Source of the DNA: a virus
Lineage: Duplodnaviria > Caudoviricetes
Length of the DNA: 64,000 bases
IMG/VR virus record: IMGVR_UViG_3300028886_000035
Location: 64,001-128,000 of that record
Direction: 5' to 3' (one strand)
Shown here: positions 9,406-19,571 of the stretch, piece by piece
How positions within the stretch are numbered: position 1 is the first letter of the stretch
Layout: every line of letters begins with the position of its first letter
Program-made: the position numbers and the translations under genes
Notes under the pieces: generated by a model
The model's input: only the letters and a program-made list of their open reading frames with translations
Database searches by the model: none
What the model was told of the DNA's origin: nothing

Positions 9406-10560
9406 TCACCTACTTTTTATACTATCATTTAATATATCTTTTAATAATACATCATTATCTTTCATGCCTAATATATCAAATAATCTTTTTTCATTTATAT
9501 GTATCTCTTGACTTATATTATCATCTATATCAAATAGTTTTAGATAGTATGTTAATCCATCATTATGCGTTTTGTTTTCATTACTATAATAGACTTTTTT
9601 ATCTAATGCAGAAAATTCAAATATCATTTTCCCTATATTCTCTGCATATACATTATCTATTACTTTTCTCCAACGTTGATAATATAATTCTGTAGCTTTT
9701 AAATATTTAAAGTCTATATTACCTGTCCTTTCTCTTTTATCTTCTGTTACTATTCCATTTATACGATTTAATCGTTTTAAATGATTGAATCTTTCATGAC
9801 TAAACTTGTGATAATATATCTTATATCTTTTATCTAGTTCTTTTTGTATAAAAAGATTATTTTGTATATGGTTATTTGTATTCTTAAATAGATTTTGTTG
9901 AAATAAATTTTGTTGAAATAGATTTTGTTGTATATTATATCGATTATCTATATTAATGTTTTTACTATCTATCACAAATTTTTCTTTATGATTATTTGTG
10001 GTATTTTTTATAAAAAGGTTTTGTTGCATAATATATTGATTTGTTATTTCATTTTGATATTGTATCTGATTGGTTTTAACAAGATAACTGTTAAGTGAAT
10101 ATTTTTGTAATAAATATTGTGAGCGATATAGTATAAGATATTGTTGCATAATATATTGATTGGCAGGATTACCATATATAGTACAATTATTTAAATTCCA
10201 AATATAACCAATATATTTACAATTATCTATAAAATAATCATATATGATTCTTCCTGCATCTAACAAATACAATTTATTATAATTTGGTATTTTATCTAAA
10301 AATCTAAATACACCGAATGACATAATAAGCTGGTCAAATTTATAATCATATAGTTTATTTAATGGAATAATATTGTATTCAAAATTATCAGGAACACTTT
10401 TTTTTAGTTGCATAAAATATTTTACATTTTGTTTTATGTTTTTTGTATCTACAACTATATTACATTTTACATTAATATAATGATTTAAATTAAACCATAA
10501 ATCAACCAAAGAAGTGGTTGTTCCATCCAAATAAGGATAATAAATTACTATATCTATCAT
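9406..10560 (-). CDS. Putative glycosyltransferase-like protein with Q/N low-complexity insert
   Basis: N-terminal beta-loop-helix IVIYYPYLDGTTTSL and C-terminal ENIGKMIFEF..KKV resemble GT-B motifs; internal NQYIMQQ x2 and QQNLF repeats. Confidence 0.4.
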   Translation of the reverse strand: MIDIVIYYPYLDGTTTSLVDLWFNLNHYINVKCNIVVDTKNIKQNVKYFMQLKKSVPDNFEYNIIPLNKLYDYKFDQLIMSFGVFRFLDKIPNYNKLYLLDAGRIIYDYFIDNCKYIGYIWNLNNCTIYGNPANQYIMQQYLILYRSQYLLQKYSLNSYLVKTNQIQYQNEITNQYIMQQNLFIKNTTNNHKEKFVIDSKNINIDNRYNIQQNLFQQNLFQQNLFKNTNNHIQNNLFIQKELDKRYKIYYHKFSHERFNHLKRLNRINGIVTEDKRERTGNIDFKYLKATELYYQRWRKVIDNVYAENIGKMIFEFSALDKKVYYSNENKTHNDGLTYYLKLFDIDDNISQEIHINEKRLFDILGMKDNDVLLKDILNDSIKSR

Positions 10561-10626
10561 ATCAAAATCTCCTATTAAAAAAATATAAAAAAAAAGACTA
10601 AATATAGCTTTAGTCTTTAAATATAG

Positions 10627-11166
10627 TCAACGATAAATCCACATCCGCTGAGCATAGCTACGAATCCGAACTGGTGCAGGATTACTCTTGATACCTCTAG
10701 CAGAAGGACGCATAGCTTTTTTAATATTCGTTTTTTGTTGTTGATATGCACCTTGCATAGCTTGTGCAATAGATTGATACCCTGCTGCTTGATTTATATT
10801 TAACGAAATACCATTATCAGAATAACTAAATGCTTCACCGTTTTGTACAATTGCTTCCCCAAGGAGGGACATGATGAATGCTCCTGCTAAAACACAACCT
10901 TCCCAACTAACAGGAACATCATATAATGTGTATACTGTAAATGGTGGTTCTGCATTAATATCTGCCATAGCTATTTGTAAATAAATCAAAAGTAATTCAT
11001 CTGACCACCTTTGACCTCTTTGTTTTTCTACTAATGTATTTAAACTACGAAACTGTTCATCAGGAATATCTTTTAACATAGCACGTAATTTATGTACTAA
11101 ATCTCTTTCTCTATCTGTTAAAGGAGAAATTGAATTATCATCTGATGATTGTAAAATAATGGGCAT
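10627..11166 (-). CDS. Head-tail adaptor / head completion protein
   Basis: LRAMLKD..WSDELL..ADIN..SYSDNGISL pattern; lies downstream of the capsid gene. Confidence 0.55.
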   Translation of the reverse strand: MPIILQSSDDNSISPLTDRERDLVHKLRAMLKDIPDEQFRSLNTLVEKQRGQRWSDELLLIYLQIAMADINAEPPFTVYTLYDVPVSWEGCVLAGAFIMSLLGEAIVQNGEAFSYSDNGISLNINQAAGYQSIAQAMQGAYQQQKTNIKKAMRPSARGIKSNPAPVRIRSYAQRMWIYR

Positions 11167-11247
11167 AAGTTATTCACCACCTTAATTTATTCTCTCTAAT
11201 TAAAATATAGTGAAAACTCATGCCTATTATAGTCAAGATATTCAATT

Positions 11248-12546
11248 TTATAAAGTAATAATCCTATCAAATGGAATTTTATTTTTATCTATTAAATTGT
11301 TATTTGCTATATCATCTAAATAATCTTTAAATAATCCCTTATAATCAAAAATAAATCCATCGTCATATAATTTACTTTCTATATCATGTGGAATTAAATC
11401 AGGTTCATTTAAAGCGACAAAAATACAATCATTTCCGATAAGTATTTCATCTAACAAATCTATATCATATTGTTCTTTAACTAATTTTTTATTACATTTG
11501 TTATCAACAATATAAACTTCCGCACCTGCATCAGTTAAACATTTATACAAATCATAAATTTTAGTATTACGAATATCGTTACAATTTTCTTTAAATGAAA
11601 AACCTAATATTGTAATACGTGGATGTTCTTTATTAATACGGTTTAAAATATTATTTGCTAAAAAGAACGGAACGACTTCATTAACAGTTCTAGCAGAATC
11701 TATTAATCCATACCATTCTTTATTATATTCATTTTCATAATTGATAAAGTAATAAGGGTCTACACCTATACAATGTCCTCCAACCATACCAGGACGATAA
11801 GTGGCACTATTAAAATTAAATTTTGTTTCTGCTGATTCAAGTACATCATGAAAATTAATTCCTGTGTCAGAACAAATCATTTGAAATTCATTTAATAGAG
11901 CAATATTCACATCACGTTTAATATTTTCAAGTAATTTAGACGTTTCTGCTACTTCAAGTGAAGAACATTTATGGAGTCTGTTCTTGGGTAAAATTAAATG
12001 ATATATATCATATACTTTTTCTAATGCATTATCACTTGAACCGGAAATTAACTTAGTTATTTGTTTTATTTTTTTACCATTTTTACCTGGTTGTAATCTT
12101 TCAGGAGAAAAACCAACATAAAAATCTTCATTACATTTTAACAAAGAAATTTTTTCTAATGTGGGAATGCAAATTTCTCTAGTTGTTTTTGGGGCTACAG
12201 TAGATTCAATAATTACTGTGTCTCCTTTTTTTAGATAAAAAGCTACATTAGTAATTGCTTTCGTTAACATTGTAATATCAGGTTTTTTATTTTTATCAAT
12301 TGGAGTTGGAACACAAATAATCCACACATTAGGATTATATATATCTATATCACTTAATTCATTTATATATATAATATCATCTAATAATGTTGTATCAATT
12401 GATTGTGTATTGTCTATACCATTTTTATATTGCTGAATTTTTTCTTTATTCGTATCATATCCATATACAGGAACTTTTTTAACAAATTCACAAGCCAATT
12501 GTATACCAACATATCCTAGACCAACTATACAAATTTTATAATCCAT
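11248..12546 (-). CDS. UDP-N-acetylhexosamine 6-dehydrogenase (TviB/WbpO/WecC family)
   Basis: GLGYVG, CVPTP, ESTV.P, SPER..PG, AE.SKL.EN..RDVNIA, GGHCIGVDPYY, FKENCNDIRNT. Confidence 0.93.
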   Translation of the reverse strand: MDYKICIVGLGYVGIQLACEFVKKVPVYGYDTNKEKIQQYKNGIDNTQSIDTTLLDDIIYINELSDIDIYNPNVWIICVPTPIDKNKKPDITMLTKAITNVAFYLKKGDTVIIESTVAPKTTREICIPTLEKISLLKCNEDFYVGFSPERLQPGKNGKKIKQITKLISGSSDNALEKVYDIYHLILPKNRLHKCSSLEVAETSKLLENIKRDVNIALLNEFQMICSDTGINFHDVLESAETKFNFNSATYRPGMVGGHCIGVDPYYFINYENEYNKEWYGLIDSARTVNEVVPFFLANNILNRINKEHPRITILGFSFKENCNDIRNTKIYDLYKCLTDAGAEVYIVDNKCNKKLVKEQYDIDLLDEILIGNDCIFVALNEPDLIPHDIESKLYDDGFIFDYKGLFKDYLDDIANNNLIDKNKIPFDRIITL

Positions 12547-12559
12547 ATTTTATACTCCT

Positions 12560-13249
12560 TCATATAAATTTGTTGGATAAATAATCATCAATTTTCTTAC
12601 CTAATCTATGATTATTATATTTTATAAAATATTGATTAATATAGTATATTATTAAATGTCTTTTTTTCATTTTCGCGCAACAATCTATGTCAATAATTGT
12701 AAATTTTTTATTTTTATATATGATATTTAAATCATCTAAATCAATAATATTAATATTTTTTATAAAAATCAAATATAAAACAAATATAAATTTTAAAATT
12801 TTATAATTATATTGTTTTTTATAAAAAATCCTTTCTTCTATTAACATGGTATTGCTAAAATAAAATATTTTTGGTAATAAATAGTCCAATCCTTTCTTAT
12901 TAAAATGTTTTAGATTAAAAGGTATAGTTTGTTTTTGATACCTTGTAATAAATCTGATTGCATATTTATTGGTTAATATTTTACTTCTTCCTCTAGTTCT
13001 ATTTGCTACTATAATTTGTTGTTTTTTATAATTAATTAAAACATATTCATTTGAAACTAAGAAACCTTGATTTGTAATTTGAACAACATTATATATTTTA
13101 ATTAATTCTTCATATTTATTTATATTAAATTTATTTCCCAAAATATAATAAAAATCATATTTACCTGTTTTATAATCATTTTTTGTAAAACAACAATTAT
13201 ATTTATTTTTTGCTTCTAATATATCTAAATTAAAATATTCACATATCAT
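12560..13249 (-). CDS. Degenerate protein-kinase-like fold protein
   Basis: PKIF..LIEERI..DLDDLNII..IIDID; paralog of 13250..13936; extremely AT-rich. Confidence 0.4.
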   Translation of the reverse strand: MICEYFNLDILEAKNKYNCCFTKNDYKTGKYDFYYILGNKFNINKYEELIKIYNVVQITNQGFLVSNEYVLINYKKQQIIVANRTRGRSKILTNKYAIRFITRYQKQTIPFNLKHFNKKGLDYLLPKIFYFSNTMLIEERIFYKKQYNYKILKFIFVLYLIFIKNINIIDLDDLNIIYKNKKFTIIDIDCCAKMKKRHLIIYYINQYFIKYNNHRLGKKIDDYLSNKFI

Positions 13250-13936
13250 TCAATCGTCTCTTTTCAATCTATCATAATATTTTTTGGATATTTTATCTGA
13301 AATATCAGAACAAAAAAAATCAATTATATATATATTAATATAAAATATCAACAGTTCAAATTTATTAAAAATATTTTTATCTTCTAAATCAACAATATAA
13401 AATTTAAAATCTTTACTAATTATAATATTATCTCCTGATAAATCAAATATCATTATGTTTTTTATAAATAGTAAGTATAATGAAAATATAAATTTAAATA
13501 TATCGAAATCATTAAATGATGATGATTCAATATATTCTTCTATTAATAAATTTTCATATATTTTATATATTTTTGGACAATTACAATTATTTAAAGCACT
13601 TATATTTTCCAATATATTATGCAAATATTTTTTATTATCAATATATCTAAATACATATTTATTATTAATAAGAATTTTGCTAGTTGTATTAATATCATTA
13701 AGTCTTTTACATTTATATATTTTATTATTATAAATTGCATATTTATTTGATAAAAGAAGTTTATTACCAATATAACATATAAAATTATATTTTTTATATA
13801 CATTATAATTTAATTTTTTATTTATTAAACAAAAATCATAATTTTTATTAAATTTTATTTCATCAAAACATATGGAATAATTAGATAAAATATATGGAAA
13901 CATGCTTTTTTGTATATAATATAATTTTTTAATCAT
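13250..13936 (-). CDS. Protein-kinase-like fold protein (possible sugar/LPS kinase)
   Basis: PKIY..LIEEYI..DLSGDNII..YIVDLE (catalytic-loop and Mg-binding-like motifs); ATG at 13936 follows a GGTGA RBS. Confidence 0.45.
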   Translation of the reverse strand: MIKKLYYIQKSMFPYILSNYSICFDEIKFNKNYDFCLINKKLNYNVYKKYNFICYIGNKLLLSNKYAIYNNKIYKCKRLNDINTTSKILINNKYVFRYIDNKKYLHNILENISALNNCNCPKIYKIYENLLIEEYIESSSFNDFDIFKFIFSLYLLFIKNIMIFDLSGDNIIISKDFKFYIVDLEDKNIFNKFELLIFYINIYIIDFFCSDISDKISKKYYDRLKRDD

Positions 13937-13953
13937 AATTTCACCATTTAAAC

Positions 13954-13990
13954 AAAAAGAAGGATGAATTTTTATCATCCTTCTTTTCTT
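13954..13990 (-). terminator. Intrinsic terminator after the capsid gene
   Basis: aaaaaagaaggatga-loop-tcatccttctttt. Confidence 0.75.
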
Positions 13991-14004
13991 TATCTATATT
14001 AAAA

Positions 14005-14850
14005 TTACTTAATTGTAATCTTAGCAACGGACATACCATTGACAACGGACATACCGATTTCTTCATAGACAACCCAACCAATACGGAGACGTTCAGGAAT
14101 ATCGGCTGGAATGACTTGGATATCCTGACGAATTGGCATAACACCAACAAACTCTGGGTCAGCAAGTACATAAACTGTATTGAGTGGAACTTTCTTAGAA
14201 ATGAGAATTTCAGCAGTCCACAGATGACCAAATGTACCTGTCTGAAGAACTTCGTGCTGTGTTACTGGGTCGAACTCATTCTGTCCCCACTTACGAATAT
14301 CAGCAAAAGCCTGTGCATTCATGACAATCTTTGTAACGGCGAGGTCATGCTTTTCAACTTCACGGAAAGCAGTAGCAAGAGCATCGCGTGTAAGTCCACC
14401 AGCGGAAATCGTTTCAGGATTTACAGATGTTGCAGCTGCATCGAGAAGTGAGAAGCAAGTTTCATCTTCGACTGCCATAATATCAGACTTAGCACGTTGC
14501 TGGGCACGGTCGATAATATTGAAACGACGTTCCTTAATCTGGGAGAAACGAACCTGTGGATAAGCAACAACTTCAAAAGTTGGAACCTGGATACGTTCAC
14601 CCTCAACGAGCTGGTCTGGAGCCTGTCCACGCTTAGAAACGACAAATGCCTTAGCATCAACATCACGGTCGTAAACAGGAAGTGCGCCCTGTGGAAGTGG
14701 GTCAACAACGAGTAACTTACGTCCAATACCCTGATAATCAAGGGAAGTACGAATTGGGTTAGCCATAGCGGAAGCAAGAGCGGCGCGTCCTTCACTTGTT
14801 TCAAGAGCATTGGAGATTAAATATTCTTTTTCTTCTTGTGTCATAGACAT
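14005..14850 (-). CDS. Major capsid protein (HK97 fold, Bacillus phage G-like)
   Basis: 281 aa; GRAALASAMANPIR.LDYQGIGRKLLVVDPLPQGALPVYDRD; higher GC than neighbours, as for a highly expressed gene; head-module context. Confidence 0.9.
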   Translation of the reverse strand: MSMTQEEKEYLISNALETSEGRAALASAMANPIRTSLDYQGIGRKLLVVDPLPQGALPVYDRDVDAKAFVVSKRGQAPDQLVEGERIQVPTFEVVAYPQVRFSQIKERRFNIIDRAQQRAKSDIMAVEDETCFSLLDAAATSVNPETISAGGLTRDALATAFREVEKHDLAVTKIVMNAQAFADIRKWGQNEFDPVTQHEVLQTGTFGHLWTAEILISKKVPLNTVYVLADPEFVGVMPIRQDIQVIPADIPERLRIGWVVYEEIGMSVVNGMSVAKITIK

Positions 14851-14867
14851 AACTAATCAACCTCCAA

Positions 14868-15386
14868 TTAAACGTGCATAATAAAGCCGAGGAACTTGCC
14901 ACCATTAGCAGCTTCGCCAGCCCATTCATACATATTGCCCTGACGGAACTCACCGATAGAAACAACTGTACCGAGAACCTTATCACCATCAGCAGCAGGA
15001 ACAATAGCACCATTAGCATCAGTTGTAATTGTCTTACCAACTGTGAAAGCACTAATTTCCTTACCAAGACGGCTTTCTGCAACGTGATATTCTCCACCCA
15101 TGCCAAGCATATAGAATGAAGCCTTACCACTAGCGTTAATCATATCCTTCAAATCTTCGCGGATAAGACCAACTGCACCTTCGCCCTTTGCACCTGCTGG
15201 AACAACCTTTCCATCAGCGGAGATAGCAGCAAAGTGACCTGCCAACTTTCCATCAAGAGCTTCTGCCTTTTCTGCATCAACGTCATAAAAACCGTTGATA
15301 GCACCTTCGATAGCTGCACGCACATACTGCGTAGAGTTAAATGTAGGACCAAAAACAAAATGTCCACCTGCATTATTCATAGCCAT
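14868..15386 (-). CDS. Capsid decoration protein
   Basis: Gly/Ala-rich beta protein directly upstream of the MCP with similarly raised GC. Confidence 0.7.
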   Translation of the reverse strand: MAMNNAGGHFVFGPTFNSTQYVRAAIEGAINGFYDVDAEKAEALDGKLAGHFAAISADGKVVPAGAKGEGAVGLIREDLKDMINASGKASFYMLGMGGEYHVAESRLGKEISAFTVGKTITTDANGAIVPAADGDKVLGTVVSIGEFRQGNMYEWAGEAANGGKFLGFIMHV

Positions 15387-15435
15387 CGAAACAACACCTC
15401 CAAATAATTATTACAAATTTATTAGTTATTATTAA

Positions 15436-15557
15436 GAGTGTGTTTGTTTATAAAACGTGATAATAGCGTGTTTGCAAACTATACATATTTGCGAATATGA
15501 TTTATTCTAAGATAAATCGAATTATAAAAATTTTGTTTTATCAAACAAACACATTCC
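15436..15557. ncRNA. Structured element upstream of the decoration/capsid operon
   Basis: About 21-bp closing stem gagtgtgtttgtttataaaac / gttttatcaaacaaacacattc enclosing two hairpins. Confidence 0.5.
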
Positions 15558-15702
15558 TTTTTTTACTTTTACATTAAAAAAATATACATTTTTTCAATAT
15601 TTATAACCCCATTTTTAAATTCATAAATTTTATTTATATAAAAATGGATAGCTATTACTATCCATTAAATATATTTTAAAAATATTATTATTCCTTAAAT
15701 AC

Positions 15703-16452
15703 TTATACTCTTTCAATTTCTTTGGTTGTATTGTATTTCGTTTTTAATCCGCAGGTATTAAAGAACACATCATTATCAAAAACATAATTTGAATCGTTTG
15801 GATTTGTCTTTGCTTCATCTGCGACCCAATTAGTAATTTTTTCAAACCAATTACTACTAAGTAAATTATCCGAACTTTGTTTATATTGTTCAATAGCATT
15901 TTTTACTTGGTCAATACCATTTGATTTATCGACTGTAAATTCTTTATGGAACTGATAAGGTGAATCCATATCAAATATACCTATTATGTTCATATTAATA
16001 TCTTTCAAATCTTCAAAACCAGACTCTGAATTAATATAAACTTCCACTTTTAATTTACCTGTTGTAGTTTCTTCATCTTTTTTATCCATATTATCATTAT
16101 CAAATGGATTTGCCCCTTGCGGGAAATCTGATGATAAATATGGTAAAACAATAGTGTCACTAGTGTTTGTATCTCCAACTCTATTTGTCAAACAAAAATG
16201 TTTTGGACTATAAACTGTATATGTATCACACACACTAATATGTTGTGTTGTCTGACCATCCGGAATATCAATTACTTTTTTCCAATTATTAGGTAGCTGA
16301 TTAATAAAATCTTTTATTGCTTGATTGGAATCTTTTTCTTCATCTTTGTTTTTATTAAAAAGATTTTTTACCTTATTCTTTAAATCACCAAAACCAAAAG
16401 CATATCTATTCTGATACTCATTTTGACGAATCTTATTAAGAACAATGTTCAT
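15703..16452 (-). CDS. Hypothetical protein
   Basis: ORF track; followed by a hairpin at 15643-15666. Confidence 0.65.
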   Translation of the reverse strand: MNIVLNKIRQNEYQNRYAFGFGDLKNKVKNLFNKNKDEEKDSNQAIKDFINQLPNNWKKVIDIPDGQTTQHISVCDTYTVYSPKHFCLTNRVGDTNTSDTIVLPYLSSDFPQGANPFDNDNMDKKDEETTTGKLKVEVYINSESGFEDLKDINMNIIGIFDMDSPYQFHKEFTVDKSNGIDQVKNAIEQYKQSSDNLLSSNWFEKITNWVADEAKTNPNDSNYVFDNDVFFNTCGLKTKYNTTKEIERV

Positions 16453-16498
16453 CTATATCATATCCTTTATAAAAATAATATCTATAAATTATATAATT

Positions 16499-17569
16499 TT
16501 AAACCAATGAATTATAATCATTGACTGCGTTCTGTAGTTCTTTAATATTCATATATGTATATATTGGGAAACTAATTGAATTATGTGTTATATATTCTGA
16601 ATTTGGTGTATTTTGACGATATTGTTTATACAATGTATTATCACAAACATCTTTATTATACAAATCATCTGTTTCAAACAATTGATTAATTATTTCTATA
16701 GATTTACTATCTGTAACAATACCTTGCATTCTTGCCCATGCACTTATGGCATCTGGTTCTTGTTTTTGCCATATAACATTTTTCATTTGTTTATATGTAT
16801 TAGCAATTTCATTACGTTTTTGCAATATATGACCAATATATTTCATTTTAGTATCTAAAAATACACCATGTAACATATCAAATCCACCATTTGTACCGAT
16901 TCTAATACAATTATCATTATCATCTGAACCGTGGTCTAATATTGATTTTGATAATTTATATACTTTTTCATTATTTGTAAATATAGCTCCACCTTCACCA
17001 AAACCTCCAAATGGTTTTGTCGGATAAAATGAAGTACAAGATACATCACAGATACTACCTAATTTTTTATTATCATATATGGATGTCATAGCTTGACACA
17101 TATCATCAATAACAGGTATATTATGTTTTTTAGCTATTTCACAAATCTTTTTATAATTGCATGGATTTCCAAAAATGTCAACAGACATAATAGCTTTAAC
17201 TGTATCATCTATTTTTTCTTCTATTTTATTTTCGTCTATATTCCATGTATCTTTTTTTACATCAACAAAAATTGGTTCTGCTCCTACCAAACGAATAGCA
17301 TTAATCGTAGCAATAAAAGTTAATGGTGTCGTAACAACTTTATCTCCTGTACCAATCCCATAGCATTTTAATGCAACTGCCAATGCTTGTGTACCTGATT
17401 TTGCTAAAACTACATATTTAACATTTAAAAAATCTTTTAATTTATTAGCAAAACTATCTAAAGATTTACCCCAAATAAAATCTCTCGTTTTACTTTGTTC
17501 ATCTATAGTTTTAACTGCATCTCTTTTTGTTATTAACCAATCTGCTTCATTTGAAAAATATTTTATCAT
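16499..17569 (-). CDS. DegT/DnrJ/EryC1/StrS PLP-dependent sugar aminotransferase
   Basis: SGTQAL, GDKVVTTPLTFIAT, DDMCQA, SFYPTKPFGGFGEGGA (PLP lysine). Confidence 0.93.
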   Translation of the reverse strand: MIKYFSNEADWLITKRDAVKTIDEQSKTRDFIWGKSLDSFANKLKDFLNVKYVVLAKSGTQALAVALKCYGIGTGDKVVTTPLTFIATINAIRLVGAEPIFVDVKKDTWNIDENKIEEKIDDTVKAIMSVDIFGNPCNYKKICEIAKKHNIPVIDDMCQAMTSIYDNKKLGSICDVSCTSFYPTKPFGGFGEGGAIFTNNEKVYKLSKSILDHGSDDNDNCIRIGTNGGFDMLHGVFLDTKMKYIGHILQKRNEIANTYKQMKNVIWQKQEPDAISAWARMQGIVTDSKSIEIINQLFETDDLYNKDVCDNTLYKQYRQNTPNSEYITHNSISFPIYTYMNIKELQNAVNDYNSLV

Positions 17570-18009
17570 GAATGTATCTCCTTAAAATATTGAATTGTTT
17601 TTCTAAGCCCATTTCTAACATCATATTTTGGTTTCCAATTTAATATTTTATTTGCTTTTGTTATATCAGGTTTACGTTGTAAAGGGTCATCTTCAGGTAA
17701 ATCACAATATACATATTTTTGATTTACTTTCATTTCATCACATATTATATTAGCCAATTGTAATATTGTATATTCTTCATTATTACCAATATTAACAGGA
17801 AAATGATAATCTGATTTCATTAATTTTAATAACCCATCAATCAAATCATCTATATAACAAATACTCCTCGTTTGACTACCATCACCATATATAGTAATTG
17901 GTTTATTATCCAAAATTTGATTAATAAAATTAGATACTACACGACCATTTGTATAATAATACAACTTTTGTATCTGTATTCTTATATATTTCAGAAGCAT
18001 AGTCAACAT
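17566..18009 (-). pseudogene. C-terminal half of a UDP-glucuronate decarboxylase / NAD-dependent epimerase
   Basis: GRVVSNFI..GDGSQTRS.CYIDDL..GN..E..DDPLQRKPDI; the Rossmann N-terminal half is missing. Confidence 0.8.
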
Positions 18010-18241
18010 ATTTCATTATATCTTTATTCAAAAGCGGTTCCCCACCCATAATTTCAAAATATTTAGTATGACATACTTCTTTAATTATTTTTATATTCTT
18101 TTTAAATTTATCAAAATTAGACATAAATGGATTTTTATAATTAGCAATAGGAGCACAATTATTACATGATTTACAATTAAGATTACATATATCATTCGTC
18201 ATATATGCAATAAATTCAAGTTGTTGCACATTATCTCCCAC
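17930..18241 (-). pseudogene. N-terminal fragment of a radical SAM protein
   Basis: CNLNCKSC and GGEPLL; ends just before the TNG motif, which lies in the neighbouring frame. Confidence 0.75.
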
Positions 18242-18950
18242 CCATTGTCCAATCTAAATTACTAAATATATCATTTAAACTCTTGTTAAATGGAGTACTT
18301 TCATGTACAATTGGCTTTGTCAAACCTTTTAAATTAGACATCGGTTTTTTATCTGCTACAATTTCTTTTTTCACATTATTTCTTGATTTTAATTTATTGC
18401 TTAAATCCATCATAGCATTATCCATAAATGTTTCTTCATTGTAGGAAGAAATATCTAAATCTCTATTAGCTTTTATATCACTTAATGACCTACTATCTCC
18501 ACCATCAAAACTAGTTGTTTTAGTTGTAGTAGGAATTTCTTTCGAAAAATCACCAATAATCGGTCCAGATTGCTTAATTTTTCTTAATGCTTTCTCTGCT
18601 TCTGTTAAGTTTTCATCTTCAGAATCATTTTCTTTTGCAATATTAGTAATTTCCATACTTACTTCAGAATGTACTTCATTAGCATAATCGTCAAATTCTT
18701 TATCTGATAAACTTTTTAATTCTAACAGTTTCGTTTCTCTATCAGATTCATCAATTAAATGTTTCTGTATAGCTTCATCAACGATTTTATCATATTTATC
18801 TGCAAATTGTGTCTTGCTAATAGTTTGTTTTGGTTCTTCAGAAATAACTTTATTTTCCTCTTTTATAAACAAATTATCTAACATAGCGTACTTAATACGA
18901 TAAAATTTTGGTCTTGGTTTAACTATTTTCAGTTTCAAAAAGTTTACCAC
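18231..18950 (-). CDS. Putative capsid scaffold-like protein
   Basis: Charged helical protein between protease and capsid genes; positional inference. Confidence 0.35.
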   Translation of the reverse strand: MVNFLKLKIVKPRPKFYRIKYAMLDNLFIKEENKVISEEPKQTISKTQFADKYDKIVDEAIQKHLIDESDRETKLLELKSLSDKEFDDYANEVHSEVSMEITNIAKENDSEDENLTEAEKALRKIKQSGPIIGDFSKEIPTTTKTTSFDGGDSRSLSDIKANRDLDISSYNEETFMDNAMMDLSNKLKSRNNVKKEIVADKKPMSNLKGLTKPIVHESTPFNKSLNDIFSNLDWTMGGR

Positions 18951-18957
18951 CTTTCAA

Positions 18958-19437
18958 TTATTCTTCAGGTTCAGGTTCTTCTGTTTTTTCTTCATTATTT
19001 TCACTATCTAAGTCGAAGTCTGTATCTTCATCAGAATCTTCTTCATTTTCTTCTTCTGATGTATCTTCTGTATTTTCATCTTTTTCAGGCATAGTATCAG
19101 CAGGAATTTCATCATTCAAGTTATAATCACTATTATCAGAATCTGGATTATCTTGATTACTCATATCAATTTGGTCTACATCATATTGTGGAACTAAATT
19201 AAAGTTTTCTAAATCATAACATACGCTAAATAGTCCATCCATAATTTTATCAACCATATCATATTGTTGATGGATTTTATCCCTTAATTCACTATTCGCA
19301 GAAACATTTGTACATTGTTCCATTTTAAATTTAAAATTTTCTAACTCTTTTAAAATTTTACGACCATCTCGTGCGACCCCTTTAACAACGCTTTCAATAG
19401 CTTCGGAATTATCTGCTTTAATTAATCTTTTATTCAT
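18958..19437 (-). CDS. Hypothetical protein with MNKRLIKA tag, coiled coil and acidic tail
   Basis: ORF track. Confidence 0.65.
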   Translation of the reverse strand: MNKRLIKADNSEAIESVVKGVARDGRKILKELENFKFKMEQCTNVSANSELRDKIHQQYDMVDKIMDGLFSVCYDLENFNLVPQYDVDQIDMSNQDNPDSDNSDYNLNDEIPADTMPEKDENTEDTSEEENEEDSDEDTDFDLDSENNEEKTEEPEPEE

Positions 19438-19571
19438 AATTTATATTTCAACTCACTTTTATATTAAAACGATTTCATCTTCTATTTTAAAAATAAAAGT
19501 TTAATCACGTTATATATTATTATATTTATTTTATCACCATAAAAAAGAAGTGGAGTATATTCCACTTCTTT

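Noticed and set aside
14005-14850. Encapsulin shell protein
   Set aside because: Portal, protease, terminase and decoration genes nearby make a phage capsid the better call.
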